Assembly: GCA_965178125.1 (NCBI GenBank)
Contig: OZ237753.1
Coordinates: 744,001 to 808,000 of the forward strand
Reading direction: 5' to 3'
Length of the DNA: 64,000 nt
From: Bilabrum cf. latius
Taxonomy: Eukaryota
The translations under genes and the position numbers were made by a program. Shown in pieces: positions 1 through 14,300 of the stretch. Numbering within the stretch: position 1 is the first letter of the stretch; the number at the start of each line of letters is the position of its first letter. Below the pieces are notes generated by a model. The model worked only from the letters and a program-made list of their open reading frames with translations. It searched no databases and was not told the DNA's origin.

Positions 1-3000
1 GATGTCCGTTCGGCTGCTTCAGAAGGCTTAGCCCACACCCGAAATCACTGAAAGACTACGGGTTTCCAAGACCGAACCTGCGAGGAATGTTGCCGCCAGG
101 GCCTAAGAAGAACTCCTTGTATGATCTGACGGTACCGTTGCGCCTCATGAACAGCAGCGCGAAGGAGCCACCCCAGCGGTCTGGCCGTGCACTTTGCATG
201 ACACGCACTGCCAGATCCTCCACGCCGTCCTGGTCCAAGTCTCCAATGGATGTCCCATGAGATCCAAACCCGTTGGACTGCTACGGGAAGTCGCCCGGCA
301 GTCCACCAGTGCCTTGCGCGATCTTACTGGCCGACACAATCTGCCCGGCAGCAACAGGCGATACAGAGGCCGAAGGTGTGATGGATGCAGTTGGCGTGAT
401 GCTGGGCGTCACCGAAGGTGTGACGGATGCGGTTGGCGTGACTGAAGCAGTTGGAGTGACACTCGCTGTCACGGATGGTGTAGGGCTCGCAGCAGGCCCG
501 CCCATGCTCACCACGAAGATCGCACCTGCATCCGTTGCCCCCGTGTCGTCCGAGATGCCGCTCAGCACCAGATTCGCACGACCGTCGCCCGTCAGGTCCG
601 TAAACGCCGCCACAATCACCAGCTGCGTGCCTGACCCCACCAGCCCAGACAGGCCTGGTGTGCTCGGCCGTAGCACCAGCACGCTCTTCACCGCATCTGT
701 GGCGCTGTCCACGTCAAGATGCAGGATGTGCACGGCGCCGTTGTTGGATCCCCCCGTGCTGTCTCGAGGCGCGCCCACGCCTACGTCCTAGATGCCGTCG
801 CCGTTCAAGTCGCCCACATTCACAACGTTGAAGCCGAAGCGGGACCCGCTCTGGATCGTGCCCGACGGCACGCCCTCCTGCCCGTCCGTGATCACACGCA
901 CAGATCCAGATGCCACTGCGCCTGACGACGTCACGGTCAGCAGCACCAGGGCGTCCGAGTCGGAGCCCCATGCGCCCACGGCCAGACTCACGGGGTGCCC
1001 TGCATGCCGCGGAGGCAGGGCCGCCATGCCTCGAGATAGGAGAGAGAGCTTCGGCGAGATGCCGCTGAGTCCACCACCTGTAGCCTGCGAGATCCTCTTG
1101 TAGCTCTTGATGGTGTCTTGCTCCGTCAGCAGCATGATCAGCACGCAGCCGCCATTTGTCACACCGTCGTCGGTGGCATCAGCTCCGACGGCGATGTCGT
1201 TGAGTCCGTCCGAGTCGATGTCTCCCAGCGTGCCGATGGGCGACGTGCTGAAGCGGTCACCAGCACCGAAGTACGCTGTGGGCAGGCCGGAGTATCCCGA
1301 CTGCAGCCTGGTGTGGTTGGTGACCTGTGCCTGGTCGTTCATGCGCACAATGAACGCGCGACCCTGACTGCTGGTGATAGTCTCGTGCCCTACAATGAGC
1401 CTGGGTTGGTCACCATTGTGTCCGTTGGGCTGGTCCAGCCGAGTCGGAGCCTGACCGAACTCCGTGCTCGAGGTGCTGCCGATGCTCTCGATGAAGTTGC
1501 CGCCCACGCCCAGCCAGTACTCGTTGTAGTCTTTCACCGTGCCGTCCGACTTCATGAACAGCAGGGCGAAGGAACCAGCGTTAGTCACGTCGCTGTGATC
1601 GCTCTGGAACACTTGCACGGCGAGGTCCGCCACGCCGTCGCCGTCCATGTCGCCGACCACGCTTGCTGTGCGGCCGAACTCATCGCCGGCCCGCGGAAAG
1701 GAGGCTGGGAAGCCACCCGCTCCTCTTGCGACTTTGGTGGCCGACACGACAACGCCGGCAGCAGCAGGTGAAGGTGATGGTGTAGGGCTCGCAGCAGGCC
1801 CGCCCATGCTCGCCACGAAGATCGCACCTGCATCCGTTGCCCCCGTGTCGTCCGAGATGCCGCTCAGCACCAGGTCCCGGCGCCCATCACCGTTCAAGTC
1901 CTGCATTGTGGCTATCAGTGACAGCTTCGAGCTGTTACTAACCAGCCCAGACAAACCTAGGGTGGTCTGGTCCAGAAGCACCACACTTTTCACGGCATTC
2001 GTGGCAGATGCTCTGTCCAGATGCAGTACCACGACCCGGCCAGAGTCCTCGCTGTGCGTGTCGTCACTGGGTAGACCCAGGCCCAAATCTGCGATGCCGT
2101 CTCCGTTCAAGTCTCCCACACTCACGAGGGCATCGCCCACACCGGAGGATAATGGCGCGTCGCTGTCCGAGATGCCTTCACGGCCCCCGGCGAGCTCGCG
2201 CACAGAGCCAGGCACCACATCTGCCGATGCGTTCAGGGTCACTAGCAACACTCGGCCGCTGCCCCATGCACCAATCGCCAGATCCACCGGGTGCCCCGGG
2301 TACCGAGGCGGCAGAGCAGCGAGTGCTGACCCTATGTTTCTACCCGATGTCGACAGGTCGGCCAGGCCCTACCCAACCGCTTGCGATACCTTGGCGTTGT
2401 GCTTGACCGTGTCGTCTGCCGCCATGAAGAAGATGTGCACGCTGCCACCGTTATACCTGCCATCGTTGGATCTGTCCGCTCCGACCGCGATATCGTTGAG
2501 CCCATCGCCGTCCAGATCGCCCAGACCGCCAGTCGATGAACCACTAAAGTGATGTCGATAGCCCGACAGCCCGCTGGGCACGCCGTTGTTGCCGTTGGAC
2601 AGCTCGGTCGCGTTGGTGACGGTGGCGCTGGTATCGAATCGGAACACGATCACTCGGCCATATTCAGACGCGTACTTGGGCTCCCCGACGATGAGCCTGA
2701 TCTGGTCTCCATGATGTCCGTTCGGCTGCTTCAGAAGGCTTAGCCCACACCCGAAATCACTGAAAGACTACGGGTTTCCAAGACCGAACCTGCGAGGAAT
2801 GTTGCCGCCAGGGCCTAAGAAGAACTCCTTGTATGATCTGACGGTACCGTTGCGCCTCATGAACAGCAGCGCGAAGGAGCCACCCCAGCTGTCTGGCCGT
2901 GCACTTTGCATGACACGCACTGCCAGATCCTCCACGCCGTCCTGGTCCAAGTCTCCAATGGATGTCCCATGAGATCCAAACCCGTTGGACTGCTACGGGA

Positions 3001-6000
3001 AGTCGCCCGGCAGTCCACCAGTGCCTTGCGCGATCTTACTGGCCGACACAATCTGCCCGGCAGCAACAGGCGATACAGAGGCCGATGGTGTGATGGATGC
3101 AGTTGGCGTGATGCTGGGCGTCACCGAAGGTGTGACGGATGCGGTTGGCGTGACTGAAGCAGTTGGAGTGACACTCGCTGTCACGGATGGTGTAGGGCTC
3201 GCAGCAGGCCCGCCCATGCTCACCACGAAGATCGCACCTGCATCCGTTGCCCCCGTGTCGTCCGAGATGCCGCTCAGCACCAGATTCGCACGACCGTCGC
3301 CCGTCAGGTCCGTAAACGCCGCCACAATCACCAGCTGCGTGCCTGACCCCACCAGCCCAGACAGGCCTGGTGTGCTCGGCCGTAGCACCAGCACGCTCTT
3401 CACCGCATCTGTGGCGCTGTCCACGTCAAGATGCAGGATGTGCACGGCGCCGTTGTTGGATCCCCCCGTGCTGTCTCGAGGCGCGCCCACGCCTACGTCC
3501 TAGATGCCGTCGCCGTTCAAGTCGCCCACATTCACAACGTTGAAGCCGAAGCGGGACCCGCTCTGGATCGTGCCCGACGGCACGCCCTCCTGCCCGTCCG
3601 TGATCACACGCACAGATCCAGATGCCACTGCGCCTGACGACGTCACGGTCAGCAGCACCAGGGCGTCCGAGTCGGAGCCCCATGCGCCCACGGCCAGACT
3701 CACGGGGTGCCCTGCATGCCGCGGAGGCAGGGCCGCCATGCCTCGAGATAGGAGAGAGAGCTTCGGCGAGATGCCGCTGAGTCCACCACCTGTAGCCTGC
3801 GAGATCCTCTTGTAGCTCTTGATGGTGTCTTGCTCCGTCAGCAGCATGATCAGCACGCAGCCGCCATTTGTCACACCGTCGTCGGTGGCATCAGCTCCGA
3901 CGGCGATGTCGTTGAGTCCGTCCGAGTCGATGTCTCCCAGCGTGCCGATGGGCGACGTGCTGAAGCGGTCACCGGCACCGAAGTACGCTGTGGGCAGGCC
4001 GGAGTATCCCGACTGCAGCCTGGTGTGGTTAGTGACCTGTGCCTGGTCGTTCATGCGCACAATGAACGCGCGACCCTGACTGCTGGTGATAGTCCCGTGC
4101 CCCACAATGAGCCTGGGTTGGTCACCATTGTGTCCGTTGGGCTGGTCCAGCCGAGTCGGAGCCTGACCGAACTCCGTGCTCGAGGTGCTGCCGATGCTCT
4201 CGATGAAGTTGCCGCCCACGCCCAGCCAGTACTCGTTGTAGTCTTTCACCGTGCCGTCCGACTTCATGAACAGCAGGGCGAAGGAACCAGCGTTAGTCAC
4301 GTCGCTGTGATCGCTCTGGAACACTTGCACGGCGAGGTCCGCCACGCCGTCGCCGTCCATGTCGCCGACCACGCTTGCTGTGCGGCCGAACTCATCGCCG
4401 GCCCGCGGAAAGGAGGCTGGGAAGCCACTCGCTCCTCTTGCGACTTTGGTGGCCGACACGACAACGCCGGCAGCAGCAGGTGAAGGTGATGGTGTAGGGC
4501 TCGCAGCAGGCCCGCCCATGCTCGCCACGAAGATCGCACCTGCATTCGTTGCCCCCGTGTCGTCCGAGATGCTGCTCAGCACCAGGTCCCGGCGCCCATC
4601 ACCGTTCAAGTCCTGCATTGTGGCTATCAGTGACAGCTTCGAGCTGTTACTAACCAGCCCAGACAAACCTAGGGTGGTCTGGTCCAGAAGCACCACACTT
4701 TTCACGGCATTCGTGGCAGATGCTCTGTCCAGATGCAGTACCACGACCCGGCCAGAGTCCTCGCTGTGCGTGTCGTCACTGGGTAGACCCAGGCCCAAAT
4801 CTGCGATGCCGTCTCCGTTCAAGTCTCCCACACTCACGAGGGCATCGCCCACACCGGAGGATAATGGCGCGTCGCTGTCCGAGATGCCTTCACGGCCCCC
4901 GGCGAGCTCGCGCACAGAGCCAGGCACCACATCTGCCGATGCGTTCAGGGTCACTAGCAACACTCGGCCGCTGCCCCATGCACCAATCGCCAGATCCACC
5001 GGGTGCCCCGGGTACCGAGGCGGCAGAGCAGCGAGTGCTGACCCTATGTTTCTACCCGGTGTCGACAGGTCGGCCAGGCCCTACCCAACCGCTTGCGATA
5101 CCTTGGCGTTGTGCTTGACCGTGTCGTCTGCCGCCATGAAGAAGATGTGCACGCTGCCACCGTTATACCTGCCATCGTTGGATCTGTCCGCTCCGACCGC
5201 GATATCGTTGAGCCCATCGCCGTCCAGATCGCCCAGACCGCCAGTCGATGAACCACTAAAGTGATGTCGATAGCCCGACAGCCCGCTGGGCACGCCGTTG
5301 TTGCCGTTGGACAGCTCGGTCGCGTTGGTGACGGTGGCGCTGGTATCGAATCGGAACACGATCACTCGGCCATATTCAGACGCGTACTTGGGCTCCCCGA
5401 CGATGAGCCTGATCTGGTCTCCATGATGTCCGTTCGGCTGCTTCAGAAGGCTTAGCCCACACCCGAAATCACTGAAAGACTACGGGTTTCCAAGACCGAA
5501 CCTGCGAGGAATGTTGCCGCCAGGGCCTAAGAAGAACTCCTTGTATGATCTGACGGTACCGTTGCGCCTCATGAACAGCAGCGCGAAGGAGCCACCCCAG
5601 CTGTCTGGCCGTGCACTTTGCATGACACGCACTGCCAGATCCTCCACGCCGTCCTGGTCCAAGTCTCCAATGGATGTCCCATGAGATCCAAACCCGTTGG
5701 ACTGCTACGGGAAGTCGCCCGGCAGTCCACCAGTGCCTTGCGCGATCTTACTGGCCGACACAATCTGCCCGGCAGCAACAGGCGATACAGAGGCCGATGG
5801 TGTGATGGATGCAGTTGGCGTGATGCTGGGCGTCACCGAAGGTGTGACGGATGCGGTTTGAGTGACACTCGCTGTCACGGATGGTGTAGGGCTCGCAGCA
5901 GGCCCGCCCATGCTCACCACGAAGATCGCACCTGCATCCGTTGCCCCCGTGTCGTCCGAGATGCCGCTCAGCACCAGATTCGCACGACCGTCGCCCGTCA

Positions 6001-8488
6001 GGTCCGTAAACGCCGCCACAATCACCAGCTGCGTGCCTGACCCCACCAGCCCAGACAGGCCTGGTGTGCTCGGCCGTAGCACCAGCACGCTCTTCACCGC
6101 ATCTGTGGCGCTGTCCACGTCAAGATGCAGGATGTGCACGGCGCCGTTGTTGGATCCCCCCGTGCTGTCTCGAGGCGCGCCCACGCCTACGTCCTAGATG
6201 CCGTCGCCGTTCAAGTCGCCCACATTCACAACGTTGAAGCCGAAGCGGGACCCGCTCTGGATCGTGCCCGACGGCACGCCCTCCTGCCCGTCCGTGATCA
6301 CACGCACAGATCCAGATGCCACTGCGCCTGACGACGTCACGGTCAGCAGCACCAGGGCGTCCGAGTCGGAGCCCCATGCGCCCACGGCCAGACTCACGGG
6401 GTGCCCTGCATGCCGCGGAGGCAGGGCCGCCATGCCTCGAGATAGGAGAGAGAGCTTCGGCGAGATGCTGCTGAGTCCACCACCTGTAGCCTGCGAGATC
6501 CTCTTGTAGCTCTTGATGGTGTCTTGCTCCGTCAGCAGCATGATCAGCACGCAGCCGCCATTTGTCACACCGTCGTCGGTGGCATCAGCTCCGACGGCGA
6601 TGTCGTTGAGTCCGTCCGAGTCGATGTCTCCCAGCGTGCCGATGGGCGACGTGCTGAAGCGGTCACCGGCACCGAAGTACGCTGTGGGCAGGCCGGAGTA
6701 TCCCGACTGCAGCCTGGTGTGGTTAGTGACCTGTGCCTGGTCGTTCATGCGCACAATGAACGCGCGACCCTGACTGCTGGTGATAGTCCCGTGCCCCACA
6801 ATGAGCCTGGGTTGGTCACCATTGTGTCCGTTGGGCTGGTCCAGCCGAGTCGGAGCCTGACCGAACTCCGTGCTCGAGGTGCTGCCGATGCTCTCGATGA
6901 AGTTGCCGCCCACGCCCAGCCAGTACTCGTTGTAGTCTTTCACCGTGCCGTCCGACTTCATGAACAGCAGGGCGAAGGAACCAGCGTTAGTCACGTCGCT
7001 GTGATCGCTCTGGAACACTTGCACGGCGAGGTCCGCCACGCCGTCGCCGTCCATGTCGCCGACCACGCTTGCTGTGCGGCCGAACTCATCGCCGGCCCGC
7101 GGAAAGGAGGCTGGGAAGCCACTCGCTCCTCTTGCGACTTTGGTGGCCGACACGACAACGCCGGCAGCAGCAGGTGAAGGTGATGGTGTAGGGCTCGCAG
7201 CAGGCCCGCCCATGCTCACCACGAAGATCGCACCTGCATCCGTTGCCCCCGTGTCGTCCGAGATGCCGCTCAGCACCAGATTCGCACGACCGTCGCCCGT
7301 CAGGTCCGTAAACGCCGCCACAATCACCAGCTGCGTGCCTGACCCCACCAGCCCAGACAGGCCTGGTGTGCTCGGCCGTAGCACCAGCACGCTCTTCACC
7401 GCATCTGTGGCGCTGTCCACGTCAAGATGCAGGATGTGCACGGCGCCGTTGTTGGATCCCCCCGTGCTGTCTCGAGGCGCGCCCACGCCTACGTCCTAGA
7501 TGCCGTCGCCGTTCAAGTCGCCCACATTCACAACGTTGAAGCCGAAGCGGGACCCGCTCTGGATCGTGCCCGACGGCACGCCCTCCTGCCCGTCCGTGAT
7601 CACACGCACAGATCCAGATGCCACTGCGCCTGACGACGTCACGGTCAGCAGCACCAGGGCGTCCGAGTCGGAGCCCCATGCGCCCACGGCCAGACTCACG
7701 GGGTGCCCTGCATGCCGCGGAGGCAGGGCCGCCATGCCTCGAGATAGGAGAGAGAGCTTCGGCGAGATGCTGCTGAGTCCACCACCTGTAGCCTGCGAGA
7801 TCCTCTTGTAGCTCTTGATGGTGTCTTGCTCCGTCAGCAGCATGATCAGCACGCAGCCGCCATTTGTCACACCGTCGTCGGTGGCATCAGCTCCGACGGC
7901 GATGTCGTTGAGTCCGTCCGAGTCGATGTCTCCCAGCGTGCCGATGGGCGACGTGCTGAAGCGGTCACCGGCACCGAAGTACGCTGTGGGCAGGCCGGAG
8001 TATCCCGACTGCAGCCTGGTGTGGTTAGTGACCTGTGCCTGGTCGTTCATGCGCACAATGAACGCGCGACCCTGACTGCTGGTGATAGTCCCGTGCCCCA
8101 CAATGAGCCTGGGTTGGTCACCATTGTGTCCGTTGGGCTGGTCCAGCCGAGTCGGAGCCTGACCGAACTCCGTGCTCGAGGTGCTGCCGATGCTCTCGAT
8201 GAAGTTGCCGCCCACGCCCAGCCAGTACTCGTTGTAGTCTTTCACCGTGCCGTCCGACTTCATGAACAGCAGGGCGAAGGAACCAGCGTTAGTCACGTCG
8301 CTGTGATCGCTCTGGAACACTTGCACGGCGAGGTCCGCCACGCCGTCGCCGTCCATGTCGCCGACCACGCTTGCTGTGCGGCCGAACTCATCGCCGGCCC
8401 GCGGAAAGGAGGCTGGGAAGCCACCCGCTCCTCTTGCGACTTTGGTGGCCGACACGACAACGCCGGCAGCAGCAGGTGAAGGTGATGG
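1..8488. repeat. Intragenic near-identical tandem array: unit A (1302 bp) and unit B+linker (~1410 bp), A+B period 2712 bp
   Basis: Sequence at 1 recurs at 2713 and 5425; sequence at 6194 recurs at 7496. Order from the N-terminus is A-A-B-A-B-A-B(partial). Copies differ by a few SNPs and one 18-bp indel in the TPTASV linker. Confidence 0.95.
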
Positions 8489-8629
8489 GGAAGGTCCAGT
8501 TGCATTTACGGAAGATAGCATTGCTGCACATATTGCTACCGTCAAGCCACTGGTACTCGTGCGATCATTGGCCTTGAAACGCCCCATGCGACCGGTAGTT
8601 GGTTGTCGTTCTGCTCTCATTGTTTGCAT
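1..8629 (-). CDS. Large secreted/surface protein of tandem FG-GAP (integrin-alpha-like) beta-propellers; 3' end runs off the window (>2,870 aa)
   Basis: One frame from ATG 8629 to base 1 once TAGs at 7496, 6194, 5705, 5480, 5081, 3500, 2993, 2768, 2369, 788, 281 and 56 are read through. Signal-peptide-like 'GLTVAICAAMLSSVNA'. Many GD(L/M/I)(D/N)GDGxxD(L/I)AVGA motifs, one spanning a TAG (GDLNGDGI*DVGVGAP). Start Met uncertain (several nearby). Confidence 0.85.
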
Positions 8630-11320
8630 GCTTGGAGACAGATACGTGGTTGGTTCTGCGGTGATTTGTATAGTTAATAAAGGAATTTTATACTATATTT
8701 ATTCTTGGCGCTTTTGCAGTTCTTTGTATGTATTCTAATTACACGGATGTTTTATGACTTGGCTATGGCAACAGTTTTTGGTGTTCACTGCATCAGGCCA
8801 GCAAAGATCTCCAAAATTTTTGATAAAAGCATGCAATATTAGGGCTTCGGTGGCCTCAACCGACTGAAAATCGACGCTTTTGGATGCGTCGACCAATACC
8901 AGTTTGTGCATGGTTCTGCTCTGTAGATGCGCAGCATGTTTAAGCTGAAGCGTTTAGGTCTCACTTATTCCTGAAATGTGTGCAACAAATGAATTGCTGC
9001 TGTTCAGCTTTTCAGTTTCGTGTATTTGATACAACTCGATGTTTATTTGTGCGGCGCACCCACACGCGCTCGTTTTATTGTCTGCTTCAACTTCATTTAT
9101 TGCATCGCTAATTGTTGTCAAATTCCGCAAAATCGTCACACTCGTTGCGGCAGCGGAACCTTGAACAATTCAAACCTTCATTCCTAGGTGCGCCGGCTGG
9201 TGCGGGCAGACGCCCGCTAAATTTGCTGAGGTTGCCTTTCATTGTGTATTCAATGATTCTATGAGGTTAGAACGCTCAATTTTGATCTGAGTGAAGATTT
9301 CAGGTTTCGCTTGAGCGAGTTAGCGACGAGTAGCAAAGCTTCCCACGCCGCGCAACTTTTTGACAGCAAGATGAGTACGATAAAGTTAGTTTCAACCGTG
9401 GAAACTAAATGTTGGCTAGGTCAGATCGCGCAATGTCCTTGTCTCTGTCATGAACCGGCCCTATATCTGAGACACAGAACTAGTCAGCAACTGCCTGTCA
9501 CCGCCAGAGGCTTAACTTGAAGTAGCAGGATTGTCTTGAATTTGTTGCCCTCCTGGGCCGGGAGAATTCGTTGTATGTCTAAATAAATCCATCGGTGGAT
9601 CTAGGCACAAGACTTCTGCTCTGTGTTCAATGCCATGTCTGGTTGTATTTTCTTGGTTGAGTCTGTGCAAGAAGCTTTGAATGCAGCAAGACGTGCCGGC
9701 TGGACTATCGGGAAGCTAAAGTTCAGCGAAGCATAACAGGTGCCGCTCAATTAGAAGAAAAAACATCACGGCTGCAAAAACCTCAAGTTGGGTTGCAAGT
9801 TGACAATGCTTGAGTGTGTTCCCCTCCTTGTTCCCTTGTCGCCGACGGCTGCAGGGTCGCATCCTGCTTATCTGTAAATGCCGATTCTTCCTATGACGGC
9901 ATCCGGATGGGCCAGGGGGGAGAGGTCCAAGATGGTTGGTGAGGCCAATGAGGTCTCCGGGCAGGGTCAGCTGTTCGTTCGCGAACGTTCAGCTGATACT
10001 GGCGTGATCCTGTGATCGACCGGCGAGGTGTCATTCCGGTTCGAGTCTACACTGGGGAAAGAGAGAGATCAGCCTCTGCGCTAGACAGGATTAGCAAAGA
10101 AATACAGAAGCAGCCTAAGCCAGTAGCTTTCTTCTCTGGCACGGCCTGTGACGCTAAGATGCGACGCAGCTTTGGCCTTTGCTCTAGGTCTAGGATCAGG
10201 TGCAACGCAGCAAAGCGGAGGAGTGAGCGGTCCAGGAGGCCAATGCATTGAGGTGCGACCAGGAGCGGCGGCCAGGGTGGTGAGAAATATGAGGGCGGCG
10301 GGGGGAGAGGTAGTGGTGCACCAGGTGGGTGGAGTATTAGTTGAGACGATTGGTGGGGTCATCTGGTTGACACGGTGGATTAGACCGAGCAGGTTGAGGT
10401 GGGGCGTGTTGGTGACGAGTGACTCGGATCAGGGGATTGGATCACTCGATCACATGCGGATGAGGAAGTCAGGGAGGTCACAACTAGACTTAAGCGGCAA
10501 AGATGAGCCGCGTGCTATGCGGGCCCTGAGGAGCAGCGCTCGCCAGTTCTCCGTTCATCATCATAGGAAGAACCGACAGTCTCAGATAAGTAGGAGGCGG
10601 CGCTGTAGCCGTAGGCGACAAGAGAGCAAGGTGGGCCGCTGTGGTTTTCACTGATCTATGATTAAATGCTGAAGTTTTGGGACGGTATGCAAGGGCACAG
10701 GGAGCCAACCAGCCAAGTGTGACTGATCAGGGAGCGAGCCAAAAATAGTGGTTTGTGCAGTGTGTAACCTCTTGCTTTACTGTTATATGTACTAGGACAG
10801 CAGGATTGAAGCGACGGGGAGCAGAGGTGAGCCGGAAGACGAGGTTGGCGCACAACGGGAGGAAGGGGGCTCCAGGTGCAAGGCACGAGGGAGACGCGAG
10901 TGGTAGCGGGCTGCACGACCAGAAGCGCGCAGAGGGCCAACAGGCGGGTGGACAGATGGGGTGCACGGCAGGTCGGCCAGGACCGGGGCGTGCAAGCTGA
11001 AAGGATAGGGCCAAGGTGGCAATGCATGGAGCAAAGCACACGGTCCCTAGGGCGGGGAACAGGAACAGGAAGCCATGGGCGACGAGGCCAGTCGCGTGCA
11101 TTGGGAAAGTGGCGAGTGCATTCGTAGTGTCAGGTGAATATCGCGCTCAGGTGGGCTGGTGAAGAACTAGTTGTTGGGGGTAAAGCCCAGGGGGTCCGCG
11201 GGACCGGGGACAGGACTTTTCTTTTTGGTAACTGCCAACCAGTGGGGATTGCAGCAGCCTTGAAGATGAGCTATTGGGTGTGGTTGAAGGAACAAATCTG
11301 ATCTGTATAGGTTCGATAGC

Positions 11321-14300
11321 TTAACGTCCTTGCTAGTACCTCGCCCACTCGCTCCTGCACATGGGACACTTGTTGTCACCTGAGCTCTGGAACCAGCGGA
11401 GCACGCACGCCCCATGGAAGCCCTTCCTGCATGTCCCGCACTGCTCCGTGGGCAATCGCATCGAGCCTAAGCTGATCACGCTGTAGCAGATTGGGCACGG
11501 TTCCGCCCCGGAGAGCTCCTGGTCAAGGTTCTTCTTCCACAGTGCCACCGCGTCAGCGAACGTCCCGTCTCGATTCGTCAGCAGCGCCATGAGCTGCATC
11601 CTCCATCGCTGCCACTGGGACTTGCCCAGCCCGCACTGGAAGTGCACCTTGGGCTTGTCAAGGGGGTAGGCCGGCGGGACCTCAATGGTGGCCTTTAGCG
11701 CCACTTCGTCCTGTATGTACTGCGCCACTACTTCCCCGGTCTCGCGGTGTACCTTGACTGAGAAATCGTCCAGTTCCCAGTCGTTCTCCTCTGCCGCCGC
11801 CTTGAGGGCGACTTCCTGCCCCGCCAAGATTCGGGGCTGCACGTCGATCTTAACGTGCTGGCGCAGCTGTTGCGTCCTCTGTTTGCCTAAGCTGCGCGCC
11901 CAGCTGGATGATTTGGCTGGGAAACCTTCCAGTACTGTGTGCAGCAGCTCACCCGCCAGCCCGCGCACGCTCCAGGGATGCGGGCCCATGGAGGCTCGGG
12001 CTAGAGTCGGATGCAGGTCACTGCCGGGATGCGCATCGCACGGGGCAGCTAGGGATACCGCCATCTGCTCACCGGCACCAATATCGGTGGGGCTGCCGTC
12101 CTCGTGAGCAAGAGACAAAGTACAAGAAGGCAAGTCGCGACCTAGCGTAATCGCACCCTTACCAGTCTGCAGCCCGGCGCATGCAGCATCCGCGAACGAG
12201 TCTGCAACTTCATCGATCAGTTCGAAGCCACTGTGACTGCCACCCAAACGAACCCCGCCGTCGTCCAAGCTCGACACAGTCTGGGCGCCGAGCCACAGGG
12301 ACAGGCTCCTCATGGCATCATCGCGGGCGATGCGCAGGTCCCTGAGGCCCTCAGCGTCGCTCGGAGAGGACGATCCGTCAGGATTCACATCGTTAGTTTC
12401 ATCCGGACTGCATGCGACAGGAGGAGTAGCAATGCCGGGGCCGAGGACGCCCTGCAGGCCTGCGCTGGCGAGCGCCCTGTCTCGCCTATTCGACGGCGGA
12501 ATCTTCGTGCTTCCAATGGTCCATGGCCTGCTTTGGAGGGCGCGACGGCGGGTGCTTGGGCCGTCCGAGGTGCTCTATCCTGGGTCGGGGCTAGAGTCAA
12601 GCGGAGCCTCTGCACCTATCAGAGCACTCTGATGGGTCAGGTCAAGATCGACGTCAGACCGCCGTGCATCCAGCACGTCGATCCCATTCGACAAAGGAAT
12701 GCCCGGAAGGTTCAAGTCCACCCCAGACGGAAGTCCAACCGCAGTGGCTACCCTAAGGACGTGCGATGCCATGCAAGCATCTGCCACCGCGTCCCCGCCG
12801 GCGAATTTCCACTCGTCCACAGCACCGCTCCTGACCTGGATCCCGGCAGCTGCCTTGCCAGCCTTTGTCGCCGACATGCGAACAGATGCCTGCCTTCGAT
12901 TCGCAGTCTGGGCACACGTGCACACAAATGATAGCAAGTTCTACAGCTGGGCCGGCGTGTGCTCGATCCCTGCGGAAGCCTTAGTCCATAGCAACGTTGC
13001 AATGCGTGCCTACTGCGCAGGTGACAGGGAGCCGGAGAGTGCGCTCTTCACTAGGATGAGCCAGATGATGAGCGATCGGCGCTCAAGGCACGGGCGGGGC
13101 AGGCGATCAAGCGCATGCAGGATGCATGGACCGGCCACATCGAGGACCCGCCTCGCCGCGCCCTTGCCTCCGAAGCAGGCCGATCGCATCGCTGCGCGAC
13201 CGGCCTCGCTCGTGCTGCCCACGCTATCGCCGCATACGTCGATCCCGCTGCTCTCCCCTCGAAGCATAGGGGATCCCTATCCAAGCGAGGCGACTCCATC
13301 TTCTCCAGGAACCCCCTCCTCGCTGAAATCAATCGCATCACCCTCTTGCATCGCGGCCAACATCCCCTCCCGCATCTTCCGGGCGTCCTCGTCCTCGTCC
13401 TCTTCTTCGTCAGCTTTCGTATCCTCGTCATCTACAGAGTCGTCGCTATCCGCCGCGGCAGCGGGAGCCTACGGCACAGATTCTTCGGGCGCACTCGCTC
13501 CAGCCCCACTGGATGGTCCCGCACCTGCCGTTGGAGGTGAGTTGCTTGCGCCGTGCGCACGGCGATGCTCGCGAACAGTCCGCCCCGCGGACCGCAGGCT
13601 AGAGCCAGCCTACTCGTCATGCTCACCAAGCAAATCAAAGGAGATCCACTCGCGTAGTCCTAATGGCCATGTAGATCCACCACTGCTGCCTGCCGCGGCG
13701 CCAGCAGCCAGCTGCTTGCCTCCCTTCAGCTCGCGCTCGATCGCACCTAGAAGCACCTTGCCGCGGCCCAGCATTCCCGCAATGCGAGCCTCACGCACCC
13801 AGTCACCTGCAGCGAGGAGCCCGAGCGCCCCGGCCAACAATGCCAAGCACTGCTTGGGATTAAATCCTCGGGCCAGTAGCACGCACTCCTTGCCGTGTTC
13901 AGTTTCCCATGCCAGCGACTGCGACGCCCAAAGCACGTCCACTGCACGTGATGCGAGGAGACTCGCAGCGGCATGCACCGTCCACTGCTCGTCTGCGGTC
14001 GGCGACGTATCCCTTACGCTAGCCAATGCCAGACTCGAGCCAGGCAGGCCCGTTGAATCGCTACGCATCATACCCATTGCAACGACAACGGCACTAGCAG
14101 ACGCTGTGGCATTGGACGCGGACTCCCTTGCTTGGTCATATGCGCCTGAGCTGGCAAGCAGTCCAGCCAGCGTGTCGCAGGCAGCGATTGCCGCCATTGA
14201 TGCTTCCACAGGCCCTTCAGACTGGACGATCCGGATCAAATCACTGTCCAGCTGCCTGCGCAATGCCCGAGGCTACGGGTCCGCCGCGCGACGAGACTGC

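Noticed and set aside
1-8488. CRISPR array, LTR element or prophage-like repeat
   Set aside because: Units are 1.3-2.7 kb, multiples of three and protein-coding in one frame; no spacers, transposase or reverse transcriptase.
10000-10060. Possible tRNA (sought as suppressor tRNA-Gln CUA) around GGTTCGAGTC
   Set aside because: T-stem does not pair and no cloverleaf or CTA anticodon arm is visible; I recognised no tRNA gene anywhere in the window by eye.
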